NCBI GenBank assembly: GCA_011525685.1
Contig: WYBW01000089.1
Location: forward strand, 2,697-66,696
DNA: 64,000 bases
Origin: Verrucomicrobiia bacterium
Lineage (GTDB): Bacteria; Verrucomicrobiota; Verrucomicrobiia; Limisphaerales; JADLHS01
Direction of reading: 5' to 3'
Shown here: positions 9,690-19,262 of the stretch, in pieces
Layout of the letters: every line of letters begins with the position of its first letter
How positions within the stretch are numbered: position 1 is the stretch's first letter
The notes under the pieces: model-generated
The model's database searches: none
Told to the model about the DNA's origin: nothing
Seen by the model: only the letters and a program-made list of their open reading frames with translations
Program-made: the position numbers and the translations under genes

Positions 9690-10739
9690 ATGCCAGCATC
9701 CTCGGTCATCCCGGACCATCGCTGCTTGGTCACCGGCGCCAGCGGCTTCATCGGCGTGCAAGTGGTGGAAGTCCTCTTGAAACAGGGCGAGGCCAATCTT
9801 CGCTGCTTCGTTCGCCCGTCGAGCCGCATGAAGCGGCTTCAGGAAGTGATTCACCGTTATGACGCGGAGAACCGCGTGGATATTGTCGCAGGCGACTTGT
9901 TGTCCCGGGACGACTGTCGGAAAGCGGCCGCCGACACCACGGTCGTTTATCATTTGGCCGCCGGGTTCGACAAGTCCTTCGCGGGCGCCTTCATGAACTC
10001 GGTTCTCACCACGCGGAACCTGCTGGAGGCCTTTCGCGAAGTGGGCCGCCCGGGACGCTTTGTCAATGTCAGCTCCTTCGCAGTCTATTCCAATCTGAAT
10101 CTCCCGCGCGGGGCCTTGCTGGATGAAGCCAGTCCGCTGGAGGACTCGCCTCAAGAGCGTTATGATGCCTACGCGTTCGGCAAGCTGAAACAGGAGGAAC
10201 TGGTCCGGGACTATGGTCAGAAGCAGGGTGTGCCTTTCGTGATTCTGCGTCCGGGAACCGTCTTCGGGCCGGGCAAACGCGACCTGACCGGACGCATCGG
10301 CGTGGACACCTTTGGATTCCTGCTGCACGTGGGAGGACGGAATCAATTGCCGTTGACCTATGTGGAGAATTGCGCCGAGGCGATTGTCCTGGCCGGATTG
10401 AAGCCGGGCGTGGACGGCGAAACATTTAATGTAGTGGATGATGATTTGCTTACCAGCAAGCAGTTCCTGAAGGCGTGGAAGCGGCGGACCGGCAGGCGCT
10501 TTTCCGTGCGCCTGCCGTATTTCCTGGCGTATGGACTCTGCGCTTTGTGGGAGGATTGGTCCAAGCGCCGCAAGGGACAGCTTCCGCCGGCGTTCAACCG
10601 CCGCCGCTGCGCCGCCGAGTGGAAAGGCAACCGCTTTACCAATCGCAAACTCAAGGAGCGACTCGGCTGGCAACCGCGCGTGGGCATGGACGAGGCCATG
10701 GAGGCTTTCCTGAGCCAGTTTGATCCCGCCACTTCGTAG
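9690..10739 (+). CDS. NAD-dependent epimerase/dehydratase (extended SDR)
   Basis: VTGASGFIG glycine-rich NAD motif near the N-terminus. YAFGKLKQE matches the YxxxK catalytic motif. Confidence 0.85.
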   Translation: MPASSVIPDHRCLVTGASGFIGVQVVEVLLKQGEANLRCFVRPSSRMKRLQEVIHRYDAENRVDIVAGDLLSRDDCRKAAADTTVVYHLAAGFDKSFAGAFMNSVLTTRNLLEAFREVGRPGRFVNVSSFAVYSNLNLPRGALLDEASPLEDSPQERYDAYAFGKLKQEELVRDYGQKQGVPFVILRPGTVFGPGKRDLTGRIGVDTFGFLLHVGGRNQLPLTYVENCAEAIVLAGLKPGVDGETFNVVDDDLLTSKQFLKAWKRRTGRRFSVRLPYFLAYGLCALWEDWSKRRKGQLPPAFNRRRCAAEWKGNRFTNRKLKERLGWQPRVGMDEAMEAFLSQFDPATS

Positions 10740-10741
10740 GG

Positions 10742-11857
10742 ATGCTGCGTATCGCCATCATCGGTTGCGGCAAAATCGCCGACCAGCACCTCCTGGCGAT
10801 TCAGCGGCTCGCGGACTGCGAAGTGGTCGCCCTGTGTGATCGGGAAACGCTCATGGCCCGACAACTGGGCGAGCGATTCAGGATTGCCAATGTGTTTGGA
10901 GACGCGACGGAAATGTTGGGCAGCGCGCGGGCGGATGTCGTCCACATCACGACACCGCCGCAAAGTCATTTTACTTTGGCCAGACAGTGCCTCGAGGCGG
11001 GCTGTCACGTGTATCTCGAGAAGCCATTTACGGTCACGGCAGCCGAGGCGGCACAGTTGGTCAATCTGGCTGCCAATCGCCACCTGCACCTCACGGCGGG
11101 ACACAATTATCAGTTTACACCGGAGATGTGTCGCATGCGTGAACTGGTAGCCGGCGGGTTTTTGGGCGGGCGGCCCTTGCATCTGGAAAGTCACTGGTCC
11201 TATGATCTCGGAGACGCCAGCTACGTGGGGCCGATGCTAGGCAGCCGGCAGCACTGGGTTCGGCAACTGCCGGGCCAGTTGTTCCACAATCTGATTAGCC
11301 ATGGGATCGCCCGGATGGCCGAATTCCTGGACGACGAGGTGGAGGTCGTGGCGCGGGCGTTTCAAAGCCAGCACCTGCGCCAACTGGGTGGCGCGGAGGT
11401 GAAGGATGAACTTCGGGTGCTGCTGCGCGACCGCCTGGGGACGACGGGCTTCTTCTGCTTTTCAACACAACTGAGACCCGGCCCGAACCAGTTCCGGCTC
11501 TTCGGGCCGACCAATTCGCTGGTCGTGGATTTGATCTCTGGCAGTCTGATCCGATGCCGGAGCGGCAATTATAAGAGTTACCTCACGTATTTCGTGCCGC
11601 CGCTCAGGTCGGCTGGCGAGCACCTGAGGAACTCCCTGCGCAATGTGCGGGATTTTCTGAGCGGGCGGCTGTATCAGGACTCCGGCATGAAGCAATTGAT
11701 CGAGTTGTTTTACCAAGCCATCCGCGCCAACCGACCGCCACCCATCCCGCTTCGGGAAATCCTGCTTACAGCGCGCATCATGGACGAGATCTTCGGCCAG
11801 ATGGGTGCGGCGACTCCGCCTCGCCCGGCTGAACCTCAACTGAATCTGTCGCGATGA
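10742..11857 (+). CDS. Gfo/Idh/MocA-family oxidoreductase
   Basis: MLRIAIIGCGKIADQH Rossmann N-terminus and HVYLEKPF (EKP motif). ATG lies 2 nt after the upstream TAG. Confidence 0.8.
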   Translation: MLRIAIIGCGKIADQHLLAIQRLADCEVVALCDRETLMARQLGERFRIANVFGDATEMLGSARADVVHITTPPQSHFTLARQCLEAGCHVYLEKPFTVTAAEAAQLVNLAANRHLHLTAGHNYQFTPEMCRMRELVAGGFLGGRPLHLESHWSYDLGDASYVGPMLGSRQHWVRQLPGQLFHNLISHGIARMAEFLDDEVEVVARAFQSQHLRQLGGAEVKDELRVLLRDRLGTTGFFCFSTQLRPGPNQFRLFGPTNSLVVDLISGSLIRCRSGNYKSYLTYFVPPLRSAGEHLRNSLRNVRDFLSGRLYQDSGMKQLIELFYQAIRANRPPPIPLREILLTARIMDEIFGQMGAATPPRPAEPQLNLSR

Positions 11858-12768
11858 AATACGCTCTGGTTACGGCCGCTCGCAATGAAAGCGCCTTCAT
11901 TGAACGCACGCTCCAGTCCGTGGTAGCGCAGACGCGGCGACCCGAGCGCTGGGTCATTGTGGATGACGGGTCCACTGATGCGACTCCGCAGATCATCGAA
12001 CGTTACGCTGGACAGCATTCATGGATTGACTTGGTGCGTCGGCCGCAACGCGCGGACCGCAGTTTTGCGGGCAAAGCCCACGCGGTAAACGCCGCCTTGG
12101 AGCGGTTGAAAGGAGTGGATTTCGAGGTGGTGGGCAATCTGGACGCGGACGTTTCCTTTGAGCCGGATTATCTGGCCTTCGTCGTGGAGAAGTTTGAGCA
12201 CGACCCCAAACTGGGGGTGGCGGGCACCCCGTTTACCGAGGAGGGCGGGTACGACTCCACACGCGACAGTTTTGAAGGTCAAAACTATGTCGCCGGACCT
12301 TGCCAGCTTTTCCGTCGTGCCTGTTGGGAGGACATCGGCGGTTATGTGGCCAACAAGGCAGGCGGGGTGGATTGGATCGCCGTGATGACGGCGCGCATGA
12401 GGGGTTGGCGCGTCCGGGCATTTGCCGAGAAGCGATTTCATCATCATCGCTCCATGGGCACCGCTCAGCGCGGGCAGCTCGCCTCCATGTTTTCATACGG
12501 CGAAAAGGACTATTACCTGGGCGGGTCGCCCTTGTGGCAGTTGTTCCGCTGCATCTATCGAATGGCCAAGCGACCATTTATTACAGGGGGGCTGGCTTTG
12601 TTTCTCGGTTACTTTTCGGCGATGTTGCGGCGGATGCCTCTGGCGGTCAGTCCGGAACTGATGCGCTTTCACCGCGCCGAGCAGATGAAGAAATTGAAAG
12701 GTGTTTTTCGCTCGCTGCTGCGCATGAAGAAGGTGGATGGTTTCGCGCTCGCGACGGAAGAGCGGTGA
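11854..12768 (+). CDS. Glycosyltransferase family 2
   Basis: ALVTAARNESAFIERTLQSVVAQTRRPERWVIVDDGSTDATPQII and LDADVSF (DxD). ATGA overlap with the upstream gene. Confidence 0.85.
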   Translation: MKYALVTAARNESAFIERTLQSVVAQTRRPERWVIVDDGSTDATPQIIERYAGQHSWIDLVRRPQRADRSFAGKAHAVNAALERLKGVDFEVVGNLDADVSFEPDYLAFVVEKFEHDPKLGVAGTPFTEEGGYDSTRDSFEGQNYVAGPCQLFRRACWEDIGGYVANKAGGVDWIAVMTARMRGWRVRAFAEKRFHHHRSMGTAQRGQLASMFSYGEKDYYLGGSPLWQLFRCIYRMAKRPFITGGLALFLGYFSAMLRRMPLAVSPELMRFHRAEQMKKLKGVFRSLLRMKKVDGFALATEER

Positions 12769-12783
12769 GGTGATTCCGAGAGC

Positions 12784-14121
12784 ATGCCCCTGCCCCATCC
12801 AGAAAAATCGCTGTTTTCCGCCGTGTCTGCCGCGCTGGCAAACTTCGCCCGCTGGCTCGAAGCCTACGGGGAGACCTCGTGGGACCATCAAAGTTACTAC
12901 GCCGGGGGCTATGGCGGCTGGGCCAAGTCCCTCTACTATCGCAACAAGCCCTTGGGCACGCTTGCCGTGGCGCCCATGATCTTCTCGGAGGCGTTCCTGC
13001 CGGCCGGCCGCCGCCTGTTTCATAAGCGGATTCGGTTTCCCATCGCCGACGCGCATTACGCCATGGGCTACGCGTTCCTGCATCGGGCCAGCGGCGAGCG
13101 ACGGCATCTGGAGCGCGCAGTGCATTTTCTGGAGGAGTTGAAGAAGTCGCGGTGTCCCGGTTTCCACGAGTATTGCTGGGGGTATCCGTTCGACTGGGTG
13201 ACGCGCAACGGGGTGATGAAACAGGGCACGCCGTTGATCACCTCCACGCCTTACATGTACGAGGCGTTCCTGCAAGTCCACCAGCTAATCTCCATCACTC
13301 CCTCAGATGGGGACGGAGGTGGGGCGAGGGGTGGCGGGATGCTCCCCGAACCCGAAAAACTGAAGGAAGTCCTCGCCTCGATCGTTCGCCATGCTTGCAC
13401 CGACATCAAAGACTTTCCCGCTTCCGAGCGCGCCAGTTCGTGCTCGTACAACCCTTACGACAAGGGTGGAGTGGTCAATGCCTCGGCCTACCGGGCGGGC
13501 ATGTTGACGAGCGCCTCACGCGTGTTCGGCAACGACGACTATTGGAAGATCGCCGAGCGCAACTTGTGGTTCGTCCTCGAATCGCAGAACCCCGACGGCT
13601 CGTGGCCTTACGCGAAAGATGGCGTGAGAGACTTTGTGGACCACTTCCACACCTGCTTTGTGATGAAGGCGCTGGCGAAGATTCACACGCTCACGGGGCA
13701 CAAGCCCACGCTGGCAGCGTTGGAGCGCGGCGTGAAATACTATCTGGCCAATCTCTTTGCCGACGACGGCCTGCCGCGCCCGTTCGCGGTCGCGCCGCGT
13801 CTCACCGTCTATAAGTGCGAGCTGTACGACTGCGCCGAGTGCATCAATCTCTGTCTGCTTTTGCGCGACCGCTTTCCCGCCCTGGGCGAAAAACTGGAAG
13901 CGGTGGTAGCCGGCATCCTCCGCGATTGGATCAAGCCCGATGGCTCGTTCCGCTCCCGAAGGCTGCTGCTCGGCTGGGACAACGTGCCCATGCACCGCTG
14001 GGCGCAATCCCAGATGTTCCGCGCGCTGGCTTTTTATCTCAGCGAAACGAAGCGCCTGGAAAAGTCGCCCCTGCACGAACTCTCGATTGGAACCCTTCAA
14101 CCCTCAGCCTCCCTTGCCTGA
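12784..14121 (+). CDS. Hypothetical protein, probable alpha/alpha-toroid (prenyltransferase/terpene-cyclase-like repeat) fold
   Basis: 445-aa ORF. The ESQNPDGSWPYAKDG motif is typical of alpha/alpha-barrel repeat proteins. The stop overlaps the AsnB start (TGATG). Function unknown. Confidence 0.45.
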   Translation: MPLPHPEKSLFSAVSAALANFARWLEAYGETSWDHQSYYAGGYGGWAKSLYYRNKPLGTLAVAPMIFSEAFLPAGRRLFHKRIRFPIADAHYAMGYAFLHRASGERRHLERAVHFLEELKKSRCPGFHEYCWGYPFDWVTRNGVMKQGTPLITSTPYMYEAFLQVHQLISITPSDGDGGGARGGGMLPEPEKLKEVLASIVRHACTDIKDFPASERASSCSYNPYDKGGVVNASAYRAGMLTSASRVFGNDDYWKIAERNLWFVLESQNPDGSWPYAKDGVRDFVDHFHTCFVMKALAKIHTLTGHKPTLAALERGVKYYLANLFADDGLPRPFAVAPRLTVYKCELYDCAECINLCLLLRDRFPALGEKLEAVVAGILRDWIKPDGSFRSRRLLLGWDNVPMHRWAQSQMFRALAFYLSETKRLEKSPLHELSIGTLQPSASLA

Positions 14122-16022
14122 TGTGCGGCATCTGCGGCCAGTTTAATTACGCCACGCAGGCCAAAGCCGAAGTCGAGCGCATCCGGCGCATGGCCGAGTC
14201 CATCCTGCACCGGGGACCAGACGACGAAGGCTATTACTTTGACGACGACCTCGGGCTCGGTTTCCGCCGGCTTTCGATCATTGACCTCGGAGGCGGACAC
14301 CAGCCCATGTCGGATGCGGCGGAGTCCGTTTGGGTGGTCTTTAACGGCGAGATTTACAATTACCCCGAGCTGCGCCGCGAACTGGAGGCCAAGGGGCATC
14401 AGTTTCGCACGCGTTCCGACACGGAGGTGCTGGTGCATGGCTACAAGGAATGGGACACGGACCTCTTCAACCATCTGAACGGGATGTTCGGGCTGGCCAT
14501 CTGGGATGTGAAACGGCGGCGGCTGGTAGTGGCGCGCGACGCCATGGGCATCAAGCTGGTTTATTACCGAAACGAAAACGGTTGTCTGACCTTCGGCTCG
14601 GAAATCCGGGCCGTGCTGGCCGCGGCGGCGGAGATGCCGGACGTGGATGCGGTGGCGCTGCATCAGTTTCTGCGTTTCCGCTACGTTCCGTCGCCCCGGA
14701 CGATGTTTGAAGGCATCCGCAAACTGGCGCCCGGTACGATGTTGGTGGTGGAGGACGGCCAGTGCCGCGAGGAGCGATGGTATCACTACACTCCCGTTCC
14801 CTTTGAAACGGCCAAACAGGACCGGGAAGCGGTGGAGGAACTGTTGGAACTGTACCGGGGGGCGGTTAAGCGGCATCTGTTGAGCGATGTGCCGGTGGGC
14901 CTTCTGCTCAGTGGCGGGCTGGATTCCGGCCTGCTCCTGGCGCTGATGAACGAACAGGGGAGGGATTGGCCATGCTACACCGTCGGTTACGGCGAGACGT
15001 TCGAGGATGATGAACTGGCGGAGGCGGCCGAAACCGCCCGGCTGCTGGGAGCCAGGTTTATTCCGGTGAAGCTGGACCGCGAGGAATACGAGCGGTCGTT
15101 TGGGCGGATTGTGGAGGCGCTGGAGGAGCCGGTCACGTCCTCGTCCATCGTGCCGATGTATTTCGTCTGCCAGCGCGCCCGCCAGGACGTGAAGGTGGCC
15201 TTGATCGGCCAGGGACCGGATGAGTTGTTTGCGGGTTACACCCGGCACCTTGGAGTGCGCTACGGGGACGTCTGGCGCGGGTTGCCGGCGCCGGTGCGCT
15301 CGCTGGTGGGCGCCGCCGTGAGCGCGCTGCCGCGCAACGAGGCGCTGAAGCGCGGCGTGCAGTCGCTGGGCACGACCGATCGCTTGCAACGCCATCACGA
15401 TGTGTTTTCGCTGGCCCCGGTGTCCACGATTGACGGACTTTTCCAGGACGGCCTGCTCCCCGCGGGCAACGGCCACGCCGAGGTTGGGTACTGGCGGGAG
15501 TTGCAGCCGCAGATGCGGCACCTGGACGAGTTGGGCGCGTTCCAGATGCTCGAACTCCGCTCCTCCCTGCCGGACGAGTTGCTGATGTTTGGCGACAAAC
15601 TGTCCATGGCGCACAGCCTGGAGGCGCGCGTGCCTTACCTGGATCGCACGGTGGTGGAGTACGCGCAACGCCTGGGCGCCGGCTTCATGATTCGGGGTCG
15701 CGAGCGCAAGTGGATTCATCGCCAGGTCTGCCGGCATTATCTGCCCCCGCAGATTCTGCGGCGCAAGAAGCGGGGCTTTGCCGTCAACGTCGTGGACGGT
15801 TGGTTCAATTCGTCGGTGGAGGGCCGCCTGCCCGAGATGCTGCTGGACGAGCAATCGCGGATGTACCGGCTGCTGAACCCGGCCTCTGTGCGCCGGCTGC
15901 TGGAAGCGCACCGCGCGGGCCGCGAGGACAATCACAAACTGCTCTTCAGCCTGGCGATGGTGGAGCAATGGTTGCGCGGCGTTTCCTCTTCTTCAGGGCG
16001 GCTGGCGCTGTCGCCTGCTTGA
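14121..16022 (+). CDS. Asparagine synthase (glutamine-hydrolysing) family amidotransferase, paralog 1 (canonical)
   Basis: ATG 14121 gives MCGICGQ, with Ntn nucleophile Cys2. RLSIIDL and FNGEIYNY glutaminase motifs are present. PP-loop is LLSGGLDSGLLLALM. The tracked ORF 13815..16022 is an upstream extension. Confidence 0.9.
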   Translation: MCGICGQFNYATQAKAEVERIRRMAESILHRGPDDEGYYFDDDLGLGFRRLSIIDLGGGHQPMSDAAESVWVVFNGEIYNYPELRRELEAKGHQFRTRSDTEVLVHGYKEWDTDLFNHLNGMFGLAIWDVKRRRLVVARDAMGIKLVYYRNENGCLTFGSEIRAVLAAAAEMPDVDAVALHQFLRFRYVPSPRTMFEGIRKLAPGTMLVVEDGQCREERWYHYTPVPFETAKQDREAVEELLELYRGAVKRHLLSDVPVGLLLSGGLDSGLLLALMNEQGRDWPCYTVGYGETFEDDELAEAAETARLLGARFIPVKLDREEYERSFGRIVEALEEPVTSSSIVPMYFVCQRARQDVKVALIGQGPDELFAGYTRHLGVRYGDVWRGLPAPVRSLVGAAVSALPRNEALKRGVQSLGTTDRLQRHHDVFSLAPVSTIDGLFQDGLLPAGNGHAEVGYWRELQPQMRHLDELGAFQMLELRSSLPDELLMFGDKLSMAHSLEARVPYLDRTVVEYAQRLGAGFMIRGRERKWIHRQVCRHYLPPQILRRKKRGFAVNVVDGWFNSSVEGRLPEMLLDEQSRMYRLLNPASVRRLLEAHRAGREDNHKLLFSLAMVEQWLRGVSSSSGRLALSPA

Positions 16023-16049
16023 AGCGTCCAACCAACTGATCGGATTAAT

Positions 16050-17003
16050 ATGACTGAAACCATTAGTTTGCCGGAAACACCGCTGCTGCGATTATTCGAG
16101 CAAGAAACGCTCATCAAGGGGCAGCCTGCGCGCGTGGAATGTGTCGAGCTATTCAGCCAGACCTATGCCATCACCCGGGGCGCGCTCACGCTGTTGAGCT
16201 TGGAGGATGAATGGTATGAAGACGTGAAGGATCCCCAAGCGGTAATCCGGACACTGCAAGCCAGCAAAGGCTTCAAGCCCGATTTGTTTACATTTTGGCA
16301 GCGATTGCCGGACACTCAGCCTCGGTTCTCTTACTACCACGAGTGGGAGGAAATCGCCGCCCTGCCCATCCAGAGTTACGATCATTGGTGGAACCACCAG
16401 ATCAAGTCACGCACGCGCAACCAGATCCGAAAGGCGGAGAAGGAAGGCCTGGTGGTGCGGGAGTGCGCCTATGATGACGACTTTGTGCGAGGTATGACAG
16501 CCATCTTTAACGAAGCGCCGGTGCGACAGGGGCGGAAATTCTGGCACTACGGCAAGGACTTCGCGACGGTCAAAAAGCAGTTCTCCCGATTCATCCACCG
16601 CGAAACCATGATTGGCGCGTATTACAATAACGAGCTGATTGGACTTGTGATGCTCGGAGACGCGGGACGGTATGGTTTGACCGGGCAGATCATCTCGGCC
16701 ATGAAGCATCGGGATAAATCCACCAACAATGTGCTGATTGCCAAGACCGTGGAGATTTGCGCGCGCAAGGGGCTCCCCTATCTGGTGTATTTCTTCTGGA
16801 CTGATGACTCGCTGGCCGAGTTCAAACGCCGCTGCGGATTCGAACCGGTCCGGCTGCCCCGTTATTTCGTGCCCCTGACGCCGAAGGGCGGACTCGCGCT
16901 GAAGTTGGGTCTGCATCGCGGCGTCAAACAACTCCTGCCGCCACGACTCAAAGCCTCTCTCAAGAAGCTCCGCAGCCGTTGGCATGGGTTGCATAGTGGT
17001 TGA
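16050..17003 (+). CDS. FemAB/CelD-like GNAT-fold acyl- or aminoacyl-transferase
   Basis: 317 aa. KSRTRNQIRKAEKEGLVVRE followed by an acetyltransferase-like core (IGAYYNNELIGLVMLGD...NNVLIAKTVEICARKGLPYL) resembles the BioF2-like/FemAB family seen in EPS loci. Motif-level call only. Confidence 0.55.
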   Translation: MTETISLPETPLLRLFEQETLIKGQPARVECVELFSQTYAITRGALTLLSLEDEWYEDVKDPQAVIRTLQASKGFKPDLFTFWQRLPDTQPRFSYYHEWEEIAALPIQSYDHWWNHQIKSRTRNQIRKAEKEGLVVRECAYDDDFVRGMTAIFNEAPVRQGRKFWHYGKDFATVKKQFSRFIHRETMIGAYYNNELIGLVMLGDAGRYGLTGQIISAMKHRDKSTNNVLIAKTVEICARKGLPYLVYFFWTDDSLAEFKRRCGFEPVRLPRYFVPLTPKGGLALKLGLHRGVKQLLPPRLKASLKKLRSRWHGLHSG

Positions 17004-17107
17004 TGCGCGTCAGGATCTTTATGACCATTTGTCCACCCGGCGGCAGGGGAAGGCAACGGCCCTCCTATCGCATGAGCCGCCTGCAGCCCATGTACCCTCG
17101 GTCTGTA

Positions 17108-17337
17108 ACGCCGACTTTCCAGTCGGCGTGGGCGCCGGTTGGAAAACCGGCGTCACGCCCTTCCCCTGCGGTTGAGGGGTTGCAATGCGCGAATTTTTCG
17201 TGGAAATCTCACCCTGCCCTCTTTTCCGGTGGGGAGAGGGTGGCGTCCCGCCGGGTGGGGAGATTTTCCGGATCAGAATGAATTCTCGCCTTGCTGAACG
17301 CGGTGCTGGTTTTCGCGGCGCGAAAACCTCCACCACC
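17108..17337. repeat. Cluster of GC-rich hairpins (REP-like composite element) in a 381-bp intergenic gap
   Basis: - Perfect 9-bp stem ACGCCGACT/AGTCGGCGT at 17108-17129.
- 8-bp stem CGCCGGTT/AACCGGCG at 17133-17152.
- Nested imperfect palindrome at 17202-17269, with inner CCCTCT...AGAGGG.
- 9-bp stem GGTTTTCGC/GCGAAAACC at 17308-17328, extended by CCTCCACCACC to 17337.
- The CCCTGCGGTTGAG module (17164-17176) recurs at 25400-25412. Confidence 0.6.
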
Positions 17338-17384
17338 CCCTCGCGCAGACCGCTTCCAGAGTTTTTAAGATTGGTCCAAAGACA

Positions 17385-19262
17385 ATGCCAGGCATAGCGG
17401 GAATCATCAGCGCCAGACCGGCGGAGGAATGTCGCCGGTTGGTTTCAGTCATGGTTGAAACCATGCGGCATGAGCCGTTTTATGTCACCGGAACGCACGA
17501 GTCGCCGGAAATGGGAATCTATGCCGGCTGGGTTTCCCATGCCGGGTCGCAGGCAGCCAACCAGCTCTTCACGAACGAGAAGAGGGACATCGTGCTGCTG
17601 CTTTCCGGGGAATGTTTTGCGATGCCGGAAACGGTCAGGCAGCTCAAGCAGCAAGGACACGCGGTCGGCGAGCGGCAAGGCGATTGGTTGGTTCATCTGT
17701 ACGAGGAGCTGGAGGACAGGTTTTTTGAGTCCCTCAGCGGCCTGTTCAGCGGCCTGCTCATTGATACGCGACGTCGCCAGGCATTTCTGTTCAACGACCG
17801 CTATGGCATGGAGCGGGTTTATTTCTGCGAAACGCGGGACGCCTTGTATTATGCCAGTGAAGCCAAGGCGCTGTTGAGCGTGCTGCCAGCCACGCGTGCC
17901 TTCAATCGGCAGGGAGTGGCCGAATTTCTTCGCTACGGATGCACCCTGGACGGGTGCACGTTGTTCGAGGGCGTGAACCTCCTGCCGGGAGGATCGTTGT
18001 GGAAGCTCCAGAGTGGCGACATCCGCAAGGAGTCCTACTTTACAGCCGCCACTTGGGAACAACTACCCCGGTTAACCACTCACGAGTTTGAAACCAGCTT
18101 CCGGGAGACCTTTTTGCGGGTGCTTCCACAATACTGCCAGTCTTATTCAGGCATGGGCATATCCCTTACGGGCGGTCTGGATACCCGGATGATTCTGGCG
18201 TGTTTGCCCGCGGCGGGGCAATCGCCCCGCTGTTACACCTTTGCCGGGGAGACGGGTGAGACCTTGGATGCGCGTCTGGCGAGGCGTGTGGCGGAGATCG
18301 TTGGCCTCAAGCATGAACTCCTCCGTCTCGACTCGGACTTCCTCACCGATTTTGCGGCGTACGCCGACAAGACTGTTTATGCCACGGACGGGAGCTGTGG
18401 GATTCTGGGCGCGCACGAGATTTATCTTAATCAAAAGGCCCGTCAAATCTCGCCAGTGCGGCTGACGGGCAACTTTGGCAGCGAGGTCCTGCGCAGCATG
18501 TCCACCTTCAAGCCCAGAAGCCTCGCCAGCGAGTTGTTGTCTTCGGAATTCAGGTCGGCGTTGGAGATTGTGGCCGAGCCGTCCAGCCCAACCGCCACAC
18601 ACCCTGTGACCTTCGCGGCTTTCAAGGAAATACCCTGGAGCCTGGCCGGCAGTTGGTTGGCGGCGCGAACCCAAGTCACCTTGCGCACGCCCTATCTTGA
18701 CAATGCCCTCGTTGCGCTTGCCTTCCAGGCTCCGCCTGACCTCCGGACCTCGCCCTTGTCCGCCCTGCGATTCGTTCATGCCTGTCATCCGACGCTGGGC
18801 GAGATTCCGACGGATCGAGGACTCGCGCGAAACGGTCGCGGAGGCGGCAATTTCGTTCGCCACGCGGTGGCCGAGTTGACTTTCAAACTGGAGTATCACT
18901 CCAACGAGGGACTGCCCCACTGGCTGTCACCCGTGGACTCCCTCGTTCAGGGTGGTCTGTCCGCAGCGGGCCTGCGGGGACTCCACAAGTACCTGCACTA
19001 TCGAGGTTGGTTCCGCCGTGAACTTTCTGATTACCTCCAGGAGGCATTGTCCTCGGCGAGGGCGGCGCAAAGTCAGTTTTGGAATCCTGAATTTCTGGGC
19101 GGCCTGGCTTCGGCCCATATCAGCGGCCGCGGCAATTACCTCGCCGAAATCAATGCCGTGCTGACCCTGGCGGCCGCGGAACGGCTGCTCCTTCACGGTG
19201 CGTCCCATCATCAGGCTCACAGGGTCGAAACGCTCTCTCCCGCACCCTTGCAAATCGCATGA
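17385..19262 (+). CDS. Asparagine-synthase-family protein, paralog 2, lacking the N-terminal catalytic Cys (probable non-glutaminase)
   Basis: ATG 17385 gives MPGIAGIIS where canonical members have MCGIxG. The synthetase-domain PP-loop is SLTGGLDTRMILA instead of SGGLDS. Otherwise 625 aa with AsnB-like layout (FNDRYGMERVYF). Confidence 0.8.
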   Translation: MPGIAGIISARPAEECRRLVSVMVETMRHEPFYVTGTHESPEMGIYAGWVSHAGSQAANQLFTNEKRDIVLLLSGECFAMPETVRQLKQQGHAVGERQGDWLVHLYEELEDRFFESLSGLFSGLLIDTRRRQAFLFNDRYGMERVYFCETRDALYYASEAKALLSVLPATRAFNRQGVAEFLRYGCTLDGCTLFEGVNLLPGGSLWKLQSGDIRKESYFTAATWEQLPRLTTHEFETSFRETFLRVLPQYCQSYSGMGISLTGGLDTRMILACLPAAGQSPRCYTFAGETGETLDARLARRVAEIVGLKHELLRLDSDFLTDFAAYADKTVYATDGSCGILGAHEIYLNQKARQISPVRLTGNFGSEVLRSMSTFKPRSLASELLSSEFRSALEIVAEPSSPTATHPVTFAAFKEIPWSLAGSWLAARTQVTLRTPYLDNALVALAFQAPPDLRTSPLSALRFVHACHPTLGEIPTDRGLARNGRGGGNFVRHAVAELTFKLEYHSNEGLPHWLSPVDSLVQGGLSAAGLRGLHKYLHYRGWFRRELSDYLQEALSSARAAQSQFWNPEFLGGLASAHISGRGNYLAEINAVLTLAAAERLLLHGASHHQAHRVETLSPAPLQIA

